Assembly: GCA_013265495.1 (NCBI GenBank)
Contig: MU058650.1
Location: forward strand, 996,267 to 1,060,266
Direction of reading: 5' to 3'
Source of the DNA: Vicugna vicugna
Taxonomy: Eukaryota
DNA: 64,000 nucleotides
Shown here: positions 50,766 to 64,000 of the stretch, piece by piece
Layout: each line of letters begins with the position of its first letter
How positions within the stretch are numbered: position 1 is the first letter of the stretch
Made by a program: the position numbers and the translations under genes
The notes under the pieces: generated by a model
What the model was told of the DNA's origin: nothing
Seen by the model: only the letters and a program-made list of their open reading frames with translations
Databases searched by the model: none

Positions 50766-51841
50766 TCCAAGTGTTGCTCTTCCACAGACAGAGAAATCTC
50801 AAAATTGATTTTAAGACACTTATGAATGCCTTGCCATTTTGGATGAAGACGGAAAGTTCAAGGGGGCTGCAGCCAAGAACAGGGGCAGTTTTCAGGCTGA
50901 ATTGTCAGATAATCACCATGAAATGTCTGAGTATCTGAAAGTTTTGCGTTGTGAAGACAAATTGCCTTCGGGCTTAGCAGAATGTATGTGAGTGTGTGGA
51001 TGGTGGGTTTCGTTACACGTGTTACCACTGTAGACACAGCTTGTGTTTAATAGAGGTTTTTCCTTCATGATTCTTTTGAGGTTGTGCCAGAGGAATATAA
51101 AGTAAGTGGTTGGAAGAGAAGCAATTCACAGTTGGATCTGGGTCAGACAGTACTGACTGGAGCCTGTGAACACTGCCTCCAGACCAGACCAATATCACAT
51201 CGTGCAGACCCTGGATGAAATGGATGCTGCTGAGAAAACTTATTTTCACTTTACCTACCCAGGGGAAAAAAATAGCAAAGTTAAATTCTTAGTTTTTAAA
51301 ATCTGAGTGAAGACTGCTTTATGCTGATTTTCTACCCTGAGGTGCAGTCTGTCTGTTGCAAAAAAGGTGAGTGTCAAATAGGAACATAATTTTAAAACAT
51401 CTATTGATGTGTAATGTTTCTAAAGATAGAAAAACTTGAATGACATCTCCAAAGATTTTTGAAAATACATCAAAATAGAAATATTGCATACAAGCTAACA
51501 CACTAAATATAACCTCGTGTTTTAAAAAAACAAATTTTATTAAGTTGAGCTGTCAATCAGGTCTGAATCTGCAGATGCAAGACACAAACTTGTTTGGGGG
51601 AGAACCTATAGATCCAACATGGGAACTGACTACGAATGGAGGATGAAGGTGCAGGGAGAGTTTTCCCTGGAGAGAGAGGGAAGAAGAATCTAAATTTGTA
51701 GTTCAAGGAGATGAGGGTGAGAATTCTGTGATCTCTCTGAGAAAGTGAAAATGTGTGAACTTCTCAGTCCAACCAGTGCCAGATCCTTGATAATATTAGA
51801 GATGAAAATCCTGCAGGTTGGCCTTTGAGTATGTTGTAAAT

Positions 51842-52025
51842 TAGTGGTTCCCAAACTTTAGTGAATTTAAGAATCATCTAAGGAGGTGATTTACAATATA
51901 GCAATCCAGACTCTACTCTTGGAGATCCCATTTCAGTAGGTCTGGAGTTGGTGCTGGAATCCTCAGTTGAGTAAGTATTTCAGATGTTGTAATTCAAATG
52001 GTCCTTGCATTCTGAGAAATAATGC
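51842..52025. mobile_element. MER5A-like hAT element
   Basis: tagtggttcccaaacttt...gaatcatcta...ttcagtaggtctggag...ttctgagaaataatg. Confidence 0.75.
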
Positions 52026-52651
52026 GGTACTCTTCAAGAGTAAAGGAATCTGAATTTATCCTATCCCTTTCCTCTGCTTTTAAAAATGAATCTCCAACTT
52101 TCACAAAATGTTTTATGTTCCTTCTTAGAAGATACAGCATTGAATTGGCAGCAGCGTTATCCACCACCAATCCTTAACACATTTTCTAAGGCTATTTTCC
52201 AAGCATTGTACTTTACTTATAGTAATATTAAGTACCATTTACTGACTATTTACTAATTGCCAGGCAGTGTAAACTAATTAAACACAAGATATCTAAATGA
52301 TATCTAAGGTAATCTTCTTCTTACAAAGAAAGTATTATTCTCTATTTTTACAGCTAAGGACATTGTAACTCACAAAAGTTCGGTGATATGTCTGAGGTCA
52401 CATACTAGTAAGCAAAATACAATTGGGGAATCCAAAGTCTATGTTCTTTTCAATGCTTTATTTTAATATGATCTAACGATTGGGAGATGGGAAAATCTCC
52501 ATGTGACAAATTCCTGCAAGTGTGTGTAACTGGCTAATGTTTTTGATGAAACAGAGATAGAAGAAATTTTCATCTATTGATGGATGTTGAAGTCATTCTG
52601 GCTTATACGTGATTTGGCTGAGCTTTATGCTAACTAACTAACAACTAACTA

Positions 52652-55600
52652 GTTTTTTTGTGCCAGTACCATGCTGTATTGACTACTGTAGCTTTGTAAT
52701 GTTGTCTGAAGTCAGGAAGCGTGATACCTCCAGCTCTGTTTTTCTTTCTCAAGACTCTTTTGGCTATTCAGGGTCTTTTGTGTTTCCCTACAAATTTTAG
52801 AATTGTTTGTTCTAGTTCTATATAAAAAATTCCATTAGCATTTTGATAGAGATTGCACTGAATCTGTGGGTTGCCTCAGGCCATGTGGTCATTTTAACAA
52901 TTTTAATTCTTCTAATCCATGAACATGGTCTATCTTTCCATCTGTTTGTGTTGTCTTCCAATTTAACCAGTTTATTATAGTTTTCTGAGTACTGGTTTTT
53001 ACCTCCTTAGCTATGTTTAAATCTAGGTATTTGATTCTTTTTGATGTTATTGGAAATGGGTTTGTTTCCTTAATTTCTCTTTTTGATAGATCATTGCTAG
53101 TGTATGGAAATGCAATGGGTTTCTGCATATTAATTTGTATCTTGCACCTTTCCTGAATTCATTGATGAGTTCTAGTATTTTCTTGATAGCATCTTCAGGA
53201 TTTTCTATGTATAGTATTATGTCATCTGCAAACAGTGGCAGTCTTACTTCCTCCTTTGGATTCCTTTTATTTCTTTTTCTTTTCTGATTGCTGTAGCTAG
53301 GAATTCTAATACTATATTAAATAATAGTGGCAAAAGTGGGCATCCTTGACTTGTTCCTGATCTTAGGGGAAACGCTTTCAGCTTTTCACCATTAAATATG
53401 ATGTTAGCTGTGGGCTTGTCATTTATGGCCTTTATTATGTTTGGGTATGGCATGTTTCCTCTATACCCACTTTGCGGAGAGTTTTTATCGTAAATGGATG
53501 TTGACTTTGTCATAGATTTTCTGCATCCATTGAGATAATCATATGACTTTTATTCTTCTGATTGTTAATGAAGTGTATCACATTGATTGATTTGAGGATG
53601 TTGAACCATCCTTGCATCCCTGGGATAAATCTTACTTGATCATGGTCTATGATCCTTTTAATGTATAGTTGAATTCAGTTTGCTAATATTTTGTTGAGGA
53701 CTTTTGCATCTATGTTCATTAGTGATGTTGGCCTTTGATTTTTGTGTGTGTGATGTCATCTGGTTTTGGTATCAGGGTAATTCTGGCTTTACAGAATGAG
53801 TTTGGAAACATTCCTTCTCCTGTAATTTTTTTGGATAGTTTGAGAAGGATAGGTGTTAACTCTTCTCTAAATGTTTGGTAGAATTCACCTGTGAATACAT
53901 CTGGTCCTGGACTTTTATTTGTTGGCAGCTTTTTTTTTTCTTTTTTAATTACTGATTCAATATCATTACTGGCTTTTGGCCTGTTCTTATATTCTACTTC
54001 TTCCTGGTTCTGTTTTGGGAGATTGTGCATTTCTAGGAATTTGTCCATTTCTTCTAGGTTGAACATTTTATTCGTGTATAATTATTCATAGTAATCTTTT
54101 ATGATTCTTTGTATTTCTGTGGTGTTGGTTGTAACATCTCCTTTTTTGATTTTTTTCATTTTATAGATTTAAGCCCTCTCTCATTTTTTCTTCATGAGTC
54201 TGGTTAAAGGTTTATCCATTCTGTTTATCTTTTCAAAGAACCAACTCTTCGTTTCACTGATCTTTTCTATTGGTTTTTTTAGTCTCCACTTGAGTTACTT
54301 CTGCTCTTATCTTTATGATTTCTTTCCTTCTACTAACTGGGTTTTATTCTTCTTCTTCTAGCTACTTTAGATGTAAGGTTAGGTTGTTTACTTGAGATTT
54401 TTCTTATTTCTTGAGATAGTCTTGTATTGTTATAACCTTGCTTTTAGAACTGCTTTTGCAGCATTCCAGAGATTTTGAATCATTGTGTTTTCATTTTTAT
54501 TTGTCTCCAGGCATTTTAAATTTATTCTTTGATTTCTTCAGTATTCCATTGGTTGTTTAGTAGCATAGCTTATCCTTAACAGGTTTGTGGGTTTTGCACT
54601 GTTTTTCTAGTAATTGAGTTCTAGTTTCAGCATTGTGGTCAGAAAAGACGCTTGATATAATTTTAATTTTCTCCCATTTACAGAGGCATTTTCTGGCCTA
54701 CTATGTAATCTCTCCCGGAGAATGTTCCATGTGCACTCAAAAAGAATATATATTCTGCTGCTTTTGGATGGAATATGATGTATATGTAATATTAAATTTA
54801 TTTGATCTAATGAGTCATATAGAGCCAATTTCTCCTCATTGATTTTATATCTGGGTGATCTGTCCATTGATGTATGTAGGGTGTTAAGTCCCCTATTATT
54901 ATTGTGTTACTGTCACTTTCTCACTTTATGTCTGTTTTATTTGATTTATGTATTTATGTGCTCTTATGTTGGGTGCATATATATTTACAATTTTTATATC
55001 TTCTTCTTGGATTGATCCCTTGATTATGTCCTTCTTTGTCTCTTTTCACAATCTTTGTTTTAAAGTCTATTTTGTCTGATGTAAGTATTACTACTGAAGC
55101 TTTCTTTTGATTTCCATTTTCATGGAATAGCTTTTTCCATCCCCTCACTTTCAGTCTTTAGATTCAAAGTGAATCTCTTGTAGGCAGCATATATATGGTT
55201 TTGTTTTTGTATCCATTCAGCCACTCTGTATGTTTTGTTTGGAGTATTTAGTCTATTTACATTTAAAGTAGTTACTGATATGTGTGTGTTTATTGTCATT
55301 TTGTTCATTGCTTTGTTCTTTTTAATTCCTTTCTTCTTTTGTTCCCTCCCCTTGTGATTTGATGTCTGTATTTAGTGTTATGCTTGTATTCCTTTCTCTT
55401 TTTTTTGTGTGTACCTATTACAGATTTTTGGTTTCTGGTTACCATGAGATTTATATATAACAATTTATACATATACATGATTATTTTAAGTTGCTGAGCT
55501 CCTAATTTAAAATTTATTCTAACAATCCTGCATTTTACTCCTTTGTCTCACAATTACTGTTTTGACATCAAATTTTATATCTTTCTGTTTTGTGTATTTC

Positions 55601-55812
55601 TTATTTATTGCAGATGTAGATGATTTTATTGCTTTTGTCTTTTAACCTTTCTACCAGCTTTGTACATGATGATTTACTACCTTTTCTTTTGCTGCTTTTA
55701 ATATTCTCTCTTTATCTTTAACTTTTGCTGTTTTAATTACAATGTGTCTTGACACTGTCTTCTTTGGGTTGATTTTGTTTTGGACTCTTTGTGCTTCCTG
55801 GATCTGGACAGA
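52652..55812 (-). mobile_element. L1 internal segment (partial ORF1, spacer, ORF2 endonuclease/RT), antisense, truncated at both ends
   Basis: Minus-strand ORFs: TLNVNRLN (endonuclease), [29 protein letters not shown] (RT). Confidence 0.95.
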
Positions 55813-55874
55813 CCTCCTTATCTGAAGTTTGACAGGCCTATGAATTTCATTCAAGCTCTTAAGCCTGGAATCTT

Positions 55875-56344
55875 TTTTTTTTTTAACATTTTTTATTGAT
55901 TTATAATCATTTTACAATGTTATGTCAAATTCCAGTGTAGAGCACAATTTTTCAGTTATACATGAACATATATATATATTCATTGTCACATTTTGTTCTC
56001 TGCGAGCTACCAAAAGATATTGTATATATTTCCCTGTGCTATACAGTATAATCTTGTTTATCTATTCTACAATTTTGAAATCCCAGTCTATCTCTTCCAA
56101 CCCCCTGCCCTCTTGGCAACCACAAGTTTGTATTCTATGTCTGTGAGTCTATTTCTGTTTTTTATTTATGCTTTGTTTGTTTTTTGTTTTTTGTTTTCTT
56201 AGATTCCACATATGAGCGATCTCATATGGTATTTTTCTTTCTCTTTCTGGCTTACTTCACTTAGAATGACATTCTCCAGGAGCATCCATGTTGCTGCAAA
56301 TGGCATTATGTTGTCAGTTTTTATGGCTGAGTAGTATTCCATTG
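55875..56344 (-). mobile_element. Young 5'-truncated L1 3' end with 14-bp TSD (one mismatch)
   Basis: TSD aagcctggaatctt (55861-74) / aagactggaatctt (56345-58); poly-T at the left. Confidence 0.9.
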
Positions 56345-56359
56345 AAGACTGGAATCTTA

Positions 56360-59350
56360 AGAGGGTATCAGCACTGTTCCTAAGCAGGGACCTAGAGGGA
56401 ATTTCCTTGACAGGATAGGACTAGAAAAAACTTTGAGTGAACTGGGTTGGCTGACCTTTTTAATGTGGCTTAAAATTGCAGAGATTTGTGTATATGGTCT
56501 GAACAAACTGTTTGAGAGCAAAATGAGAGACAATTCATTCACCTCTGAAAAGAAGGGACACTAGCTCTTTCTGGCCGCAAGGTGTTCTCAGGCATCTGAG
56601 AAATCAGTGGAAGTGGCTGAGGACTGATCCTTGTGACAAGGAGAAGTTCCATAGGGGACTCTATCATAACACTCTAAGTGGTTTACAGCTCACCTGATGA
56701 TGCACACAAATTGATTATGTGCTCCAAGCCCCCATGGTGATTTAGTGGGAAAACCTAAGACACAAAAGAGCTGAACCACCTCAAGGGTGACACCTTGAGG
56801 AGCTATATATCACACTTCGGACCCAGTATGCTATCTCAGAAACTGTTTAAATTTTGTAGTAAAATAAAACTAAAAGAAAATAGAGATCATGTTTCTAAAG
56901 TTTACAAGCTCCTCAACATGTAGTCACTCCTGGAACCAGCTAGTTTCATGTGCAATTGGCGTGGAACCAATACTCGCAAGTACATATCTTGCCTAGAAAT
57001 GGCCATGATGGGTCTCTTTTGACATTCCAAAATTGGTTTTTGTACACACAGTTAAAGAATTCTGGCCTGATAAACATCTTTTCTGGTAGAAAACTTTAAG
57101 TTATAACTCTTGTGTCCTTGGAATGTAAACACAGCCCACATCACCTGAGACTAGAGCCTTGGCTCGATCAGTAGAACCTAAAATGGAAAAAAAAAAGGGG
57201 CGAGGGGAGAAGACTTTTTTAAAATCAAGCTAATAAACTTTATTTATTCCAACTGTTATTTATAAACTGATGAGTTTCATATTGGAATGCCTAATTTGTG
57301 ACTAAGTTTTAAAATAAAACTGAGATATCTGTGTCTATCTGAATGTATGTGTGTGTGTGTACAATCTCTGGGTGGTATTTTCCGAAATTAATTTATAAAT
57401 GAGCTCTATGTAATTGGCTTAAACAAATAAGCATTTAAATAAATTCTTAAAAAATACAATAGAAACTAACCCCCCCAAAATTTCAGGCTCATGGGATCTG
57501 GGAAGTATTCAACATTAAATTAATATTTGGCATTAAAGTTAGTTTAAGTTTTTGCTTTAATTAATACACATATGTCCTTAGAGTCATCAACATTAAATAT
57601 AATACTTTTATCATACCTAGGCTTACTGAAAGTCAATAAGCTCATGTTATCTCTGTTACAAAATTGTCAAACAGAAAAATAACTTGGTACGATGATATTT
57701 TCACAAGAAATAAAATATAGATAAATAGGATAAACATTTTCAAGTGAACTCTTTGAGAATAATTATGTTTTATAGTCACTGTACTTAAAATAGTTTCTCC
57801 AGGGAGGTGCCAAGATGGCAGAGTAGAGAGACTCACAGCTCGCCCTCTCCCACAAATACACCAAGAATTACATCTACAAACGCACTGAATCGCAGAATAC
57901 CTACTGAACTCTGGAGAGTGTCTCTTGCTTCGAAATACAGCAGGAGTCTCACAAAATGCAATAAGCAACAAGTTTATACTGTATAGCACAGAGAACTATA
58001 TTCAATATATTGTAGTAACTTATAGTGAAAAAGAATATGAAAATGGATATATGTATGTTCATATATAACTGAAGCATTATGCTGTACACCAGAAATTGAC
58101 ACATCATTGTTAACTGACTATATGTCAATAAAAATATATATACAAAAACCAGTTTCTCCATATTTTTGGTAACTTGAAGCTTTAAAGTTTTGTTAAATTA
58201 GGTTAAATGATAGAAATTCATTGACTATCTAGATTATTTTTAAGTAAAATAACATACTGTAACATTAATTGCTAAAGAAGTGTGTTTACATACTTTTGAC
58301 CTCTCGTTGCACAAAGTATGTTTTAGACTATTTATATATCTTGTGCTTTATTGAAAAATTATTACAAAGTCACATATGTTTTTAGAAATTAAGATTTTAA
58401 AAAGACTGTATATGTAAATTAGGATATATGTTGCTGGTAAGAGAAAGTATAAAGAATGGAATTTTTTTTTATTAAGGAAAAATAAAGTGATTTTGTCCTG
58501 AAGCTGGCTATTTAAGGGACAAACTAAAATGGACACAGAAAATTGTAAAATGTTTGGGAAAGGGGAATCTTTTAAAAATAATTGTATGTATGATCAGGAC
58601 TGGGTACAATTGGGATGAATTTAAGTAAATGAGTTTTAATGCTAAAGGTCATGCAATGCAAAAATAGATATTGGATCACTTTCTCTGTGAAGAAGACAAA
58701 GTTTTCTTGGACTACTGGTCTGCTTTTGATAACAGATTGTGAAAGTGCCGCAGGAACAACACCCAGGAGATTGTGCATCCTGGAAAAGACAACACCCAAG
58801 CAGAGGGAAAAAGACACCTACGACGGGTTGAGAAGAAGGTACCAGTAGTGGTAGACACCTGACTCAAGAATCTGGATCAGGCCACTAAGACCCATCCTGC
58901 TAATTCAGTTGTACTACTGCCCAAATGTTAGTCTTCCTATCAAAGAAAGCTACTGTTTTACTTCTAGCTTTGCTCAGTGTTCTGGATGGAAAGAAAATTT
59001 TCTAGTGCAGTTGTCACAGAGTGTAACTACTCATGACATGTGTCACTGCTTTAAGTCTCCTGCTAAAACCACACATAAAATCTTTGTGTGACAATTTGAT
59101 ATAATTGATAAAGTGTATACCCTATAAAATGTCTCCCCATCAGCATTTATCTCTGTGCTTGTTCAGTATGTCTGACTAGTGTCCCACCAAAATGGATCAC
59201 TGGGTGAATATATATATATATGTAAAGGAAGCCTAGCCACTGAGGGACATGATGGACCCAGAGCAGGCAACAACTACCCTGGCATCAAGGGACAGACATT
59301 TTGATCAACAATGATTTCTATCAGCTTAATTAGCCATCAGCATTCTTGTT
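56360..59350 (+). mobile_element. Decayed ERV1 (MER4-group-like) internal sequence with a possible env remnant near 58900-59100
   Basis: Long AT-rich internal-type sequence; peptide CSGWKENFLVQLSQSV is reminiscent of the N-termini of MER4-group env remnants; recognised by eye only. Confidence 0.45.
57802..58148 (+). mobile_element. Bipartite L1-derived element: L1 5' end (57802-57960) fused to L1 3' end (57961-~58148), TSD-flanked
   Basis: Starts gggaggtgccaagatggcagagtag like the L1 5' ends at 33860 and 48852; ends with L1 3'UTR and AATAAA at 58127; TSD core agtttctcca at 57792-57801 and 58151-58160. Confidence 0.88.
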
Positions 59351-59589
59351 CCTTCTTACCTACTGCTCTGTTGGTTGACAAAGAAAAGATGACTCCAAGG
59401 CTTTGTTTTAGACTTTTGGAAAGTCGCATTGTGTAAGTTGTACACCCCATATAACTGAGTAGTAGGGCAATTAAACTATTTGCCTAGAGGCCTCGCCTAT
59501 ATGCCATATCTTTGGCACTTTCAGCCAAGCGTAAAAGAACACGCCTTCTGCCCTAGCATCTCTTGTCTGACAGCACAGAGGGGCAGCCA

Positions 59590-59812
59590 TCAGGATTGGA
59601 AAGAGCTCTGCCTGACCTGAGTTGGAAAGGACTGGATCTGCCTCCCAGCTGTGCCTTTCATTAGCTCTGTGTTTGGGGACTGGTCATTTGTCCTTTCTGA
59701 GCCTCAGCCTTCTCCCTTTTAAGGTACATGGTATGAATAAAAAAAATACATCACACGATAAAAGAGAATTAAATAAAATACGTTTCTAACACACAGTAGG
59801 TGTACAATAAGA
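59590..59812 (+). mobile_element. MIR SINE
   Basis: tcccagctgtgcc...gtcctttctgagcctcagccttctc...gagaattaaataaaata...acacagtaggtgtacaataa. Confidence 0.7.
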
Positions 59813-61789
59813 TTTATATAAATATGCTATTTGTAAGTGAAGCTTAACCCTAAGTTTATGCAGCTTGAAAAATGGAAATTTCTCTAGTGTCACCTTGTTT
59901 GTAGATAAACTTAAAAATATGCTCAACACATTGGGCTTAATGTCACTCATAAACACTGTCAGACTATTAAGGGTGGTGAGAGATATAGATCAAAAGCAGT
60001 AAGTGCTATGAAAATTTCACAAAGAAATAAACTGCCTTTGAAAAAGCTATTCCAACTACCCATAGTTTAAAAGAAGTTTGTTCATTACAGTAATAGGACG
60101 TTTAGAACTACAGATTTTGTGCCCCCTCTCCGTTACACTGTGGTAGCACAGCTTAAGCACCTAGTAATAGAAGTGGGCACATGTCTGTTCCAAAGGTTTT
60201 TCTGTCTAGCCAAGCATTATGTTCAACAGATACTTAGCTAATGATGATCATGGACCAGGTAGGAACGAAGATGTAGCATTGGAGAGAGTCCTCAGATGAG
60301 AAACAAACCTGAGAGGGATACACAAACCATGTGCTGTGATAAGAGCTGTGAACACGCTAGGAAGGAGGCTCAGAGAAGGGAACTGTCTGGGGGTAAGTCT
60401 CAAACGGTAAGAGGTGATAACTCCTAATGGCAATCGCAAATTGATTTGTCAGAGAAAGAAAGAGGAACGTTCGGGCAAGAGGAACAGCCGTGCAAGTTCA
60501 CTGCACTATAAGAGAGCGTGGTATACTTGATAACTACAAATAGCAGGAAACGGTTGGAAATGAGGTGTAGGGTGAGACATGCAGGATAAATAAACAAAAA
60601 AGAAGCCACATGGACGAGCTAGGAAGGGTCTTGTGTGCCAAACGTTTTTCAAAGACATTCTGAAAGCACGAGAGTGATAAAATATACCCAGAAGAAGGGT
60701 AACAGCATATTCAGAGGAAAGGGGAGCAGACACAGTTTGGTTTCTTCTGTCTCTAAGCCCTGGGGGTCCTCTAGGCATTCCAGGTGGGATTCTGGGTAGT
60801 GGGGGATCCAGGTGGTAACAGACGAACCCTGCCTGCTCGAGGCAGTCTCTGGGATCCCACATAGGAAAGGCATGGATCATGTACCAGGATGCCTGCGGAG
60901 CAGGTGGGAACGGCAGCAGGTTCTATGTCCCTTGGAGCACAAGGGACAGCTAAGCAGTAAGAAAGCAGTAGACGTGAAAAGGGGGTGTCCCTTTCAGATG
61001 GCTTCTGGATTGTTTGAGAGCTTCAAGCTCGAAGAAAACGATGGTAGTGCTACAGTTTCATAACAATTTTCACGCACTTCTGTCTGGGTCAGTGGAGCAA
61101 AGATGGAATGTGGTTCTGAAAACTCATCAGGGTGGAGTACCTCTGGGCTTTTCCTTAGAGTTGGGGTTTAGATCAACAAATCTGGGTAATGTCTTATGCC
61201 TAAAAGGTTAACTATATGGCAGTCCTAGGGAGAGGAGCTGGTGACCAGATATGGTGTTGGAGTTGCCAGAAACTCATAAAAGCTTGTGTGTCTTTCTCAA
61301 TGTAAGAAAGTTGTTAGATAAAAATGAGATGTTCCAAAAGATGTCCAAGTTAGTAGTAAGTTTAGGGAGGACTGGAAGAAAGTGTTAACCAGCAGTGTAA
61401 GATGTCTTCTTTCTAAAATTCGTATGGTTTGTTGGCATGGTCATATGAGCAGCTCAGCTACAAGATGTACTTGGATCTTGGCGTCCCAGGACTTAGTTCA
61501 AGAAGAGACCCTCACTCAACAGAGAGCTGCTTAAAGGGAAAGATAATTAATGGAGAGGACCAATCTAACTGCTATAGATAAAGATGGCTAGGTGTTCCAA
61601 GACCCAGCGTGTAATCTCTGTGCAAGCACAGGCATGGTTTAGAAAATTATTGGTGGTAGGAGGCTTGACAGCGAGGGATTCCAGAGGTGATCCAACTTAG
61701 AAATCAGACAGATGCAGTCAGAATCTTGAGATCTGCCCTGAGGTGGCATTACTTCTGCCAGTGGTTGGAGAAGCATTCCGTGCCTCAAC

Positions 61790-62075
61790 TAGCAGATACA
61801 CTCAATTTCCTGAATTTATCTTGCTCTCTGACCTTTGGCTCTTGATTCATGCAGTTTCTTCTGCCTGGAATCTCCTCCAGCACCACCCTACCCTTCTCTT
61901 GTCAAAGAACTTATGCCATAATAACCACCTGTTTGTACATCTATCTTCCCCGCTAAATCATATACTACATGAGAACGGGGTTTGTCTATCTCGTTCTCCG
62001 TTTTATCCCTAATGTCTAGTACAATACGTGACACATGGTAGTTTCACATAAGCTGAATGAATGAATAAATGAACT
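61790..62075 (+). mobile_element. L2 3' end
   Basis: tttatccctaatgtctagtacaatacgtgacacatggta...gctgaatgaatgaataaatgaa tail. Confidence 0.75.
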
Positions 62076-63094
62076 AAAGAAAAAGAAGCTAGGTAGACCC
62101 AAGCCCACTAGCTGGAACGTTATTTAACAATCTGGATTCACATTTCTGGTCCCAGAGGAGAGCTAGCATCCTGTTTGGGGGTGACCTACACAGCACTTGG
62201 GTGACTAGGGACAACACTGAGGTCACACTGTGGTGATTCAGGGAACCCCAGGTCCCAGGGAAGATTGTACACAAAAGGAGACTTGTAAGTGAGATTGGAA
62301 TTTAACCCCAATGACCAGGACTCCTGAACCCAGGAGAAATGGGCGTAGTTACTAGCCCCAGCTAATGGTTGTCCTGCCTCCACAAAAACGACCCAAAATG
62401 TGGTCTGCAACTGGGTCCTATCAGTAGATCCAATCTTAGGAAGTCAGAGAGAGAAAAGCAGGTGAGGAATGACGAGCAAAGAGAAACTGCGCAGAGAATC
62501 ACAGCTGCTCTCTTTATCTAATCAGGCTGGTGTTCCAGGATGCTGAAGAATGTGAGGATAAAGACGTGCAGTCAGATGCTTTGGAGAGCTACAGTGAAGC
62601 ATGGTTTGCGTGCAGTCCCTGACGGAAACTAAGGCGATAGTTTGTCATCCAAGCGTACATCTGCTTACTCACATCTGGTTAGTGAAGTCTACGATCCTCA
62701 GTTCCCACGTAGGCGAAATGGCATAATGTATGGAAAGTGCCTAGTACGAGGCTTCACATGCAGTAGATTCAGTAAATGCTACCTGGCATAAATGTTGGCA
62801 CCAAGACTCAGACTTAGGTGAAGGGAACATTGTCACTTATTTTGTCCATCCCCCTCTCCACCACCACACACACACACCCTCTCAAACCACTGAAAAGACT
62901 AGTAACCCGCTACCAAAGGGCCCTGGAGCCATATGACCATGGCAGGCATGCTGCACACTAAATCGTTAGCAATTGCACACCCATATGTGTAGCCCAACTC
63001 TGACATTAGGAACAGGACATCAAGGACCATACGCTGCTAGTCCCCAAATTTGGTGGAAGTCCATCAAAATAATGACCTTTGTTCCTTTAACTAT

Positions 63095-63420
63095 ACCAGG
63101 GTACTTAATCTTGGCTACACATTAGAATCACCTGGAGTCCTTCCAAAAATGAATAATGCTCAGATTCAATCCCAGAACAATTGGCAACTTCTGGAAATAG
63201 GGCTCATTCATGGGTCATTGTCTAAAGATTCCAGGTGATTCTAATGTGCTAAGTATGCAGAGACCATGGACCATAGTGTTGGCACCACTTAGGAGCTTGT
63301 TTAAAATGCAAGATCTCAGGCTCCAACTCAGACTGAATCAGAATTTGAACTGAATTAGAACCTGCATTTAAAAGGGAGCTCCTGGTGATTCACAATCAGG
63401 TCAAAGTTTGATTCTCACAA
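63095..63420. mobile_element. MER5A/B-like hAT elements in tandem
   Basis: ccagggtacttaatcttggctacacattagaatcacctggag...ccaggtgattctaatgtg; second copy ggagcttgtttaaaatgcaagatctcaggc. Confidence 0.75.
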
Positions 63421-64000
63421 TATAATTATCAAAAAGACTTTTGGAAAAAATGCAGATTCTTGGGCTCTCCCCCCTATTTTTTTTTTTTTTGTTTAATCAG
63501 TCCAAGGAGGACCCAGGATAAGTGTTTTGAAAAATCACCCCTGAGTATATAAACTGCGCAGCCAGGTGTCACAATGCCAAGTAGGCAATGCCTCAGCGAC
63601 AGGCTAATTTCAGCGGGCAATGCCTCTATGAAGGGTGCTATGAAAAACGAGGCTTAACAGTTCCTTTCTCTACGATTATGTCAGGATCAGCAAAAGATCG
63701 AATGGATTCGTCTAGTACGGGATGTGCAAGCGACATGTTTAAGAAATGTCTATTTCATGGCTCCTTTTTAAACATACATGTTATATTTTCTATTCCCTCC
63801 TTGTTAAAAATGTAACTGAGTAACGACTGGCCCGATTTGCATGGTGACAATAACCAAACTGGAACATGTTTCTCTTGGGGTCATGACTCATGTTCTAGTT
63901 TTACTTGGTGACAAATAACTTTAAATATTTATATGAACGCTAACATGGAAATATTACAGAGTAAAATATACATTCTTTTATGAATCTTAATGGTCAAACA

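Noticed and set aside
62410..62430. ggtcctatcagta resembles the end of the sarcolipin (SLN) coding sequence; SLN neighbours ELMOD1 in human
   Set aside because: The upstream sequence does not encode ELFLNFT..LITVILMWLLV and the strand is opposite to expectation. A by-eye scan found no SLN ORF on either strand, so it probably lies beyond the window. tBLASTn with the 31-aa peptide would settle it.
1..64000. CRISPR arrays, operons or prokaryotic defence systems
   Set aside because: The sequence is spliced mammalian DNA; I saw no regularly spaced repeats or bacterial-type genes. The remaining short ORFs in the track are chance or repeat-derived.

Overview
This is mammalian genomic DNA with no prokaryotic, phage or CRISPR content. 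A camelid (alpaca/camel-like) source is likely: there are tRNA-Ala-headed SINEs and artiodactyl-style L1 3' ends, and I saw no Alu, B1/B2, Bov-A/BovB, PRE-1, ERE or Can-SINE. Bases ~1-18,460 hold the 3' half of ELMOD1 on the + strand. Six coding exons (186-319, 3360-3428, 3942-3965, 6963-7013, 8137-8270, 17054-17226) splice in frame through GT-AG introns, followed by a ~1.2 kb 3'UTR with AATAAA at 18428. The remaining ~45 kb is repeat-rich intergenic DNA: a near-full-length decayed L1, many L1 fragments, two tRNA-derived SINEs, MLT/ERV pieces, MER5/Tigger-family DNA elements, L2 and MIR. The strongest leads are: (1) a ~345 bp TSD-flanked element made of an L1 5' end joined directly to an L1 3' end, possibly a spliced or non-autonomous L1; (2) a candidate 11-nt poison microexon or competing donor 41 nt after the 24-nt ELMOD1 microexon; (3) an L1MC-like 3'-end family with a perfect 17-bp TSD and closely similar copies, implying late activity; (4) a short interstitial telomeric repeat in the last intron. 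Repeat family names are recognised by eye and need RepeatMasker/Dfam confirmation. The expected neighbour gene SLN (sarcolipin) was not found in the window.
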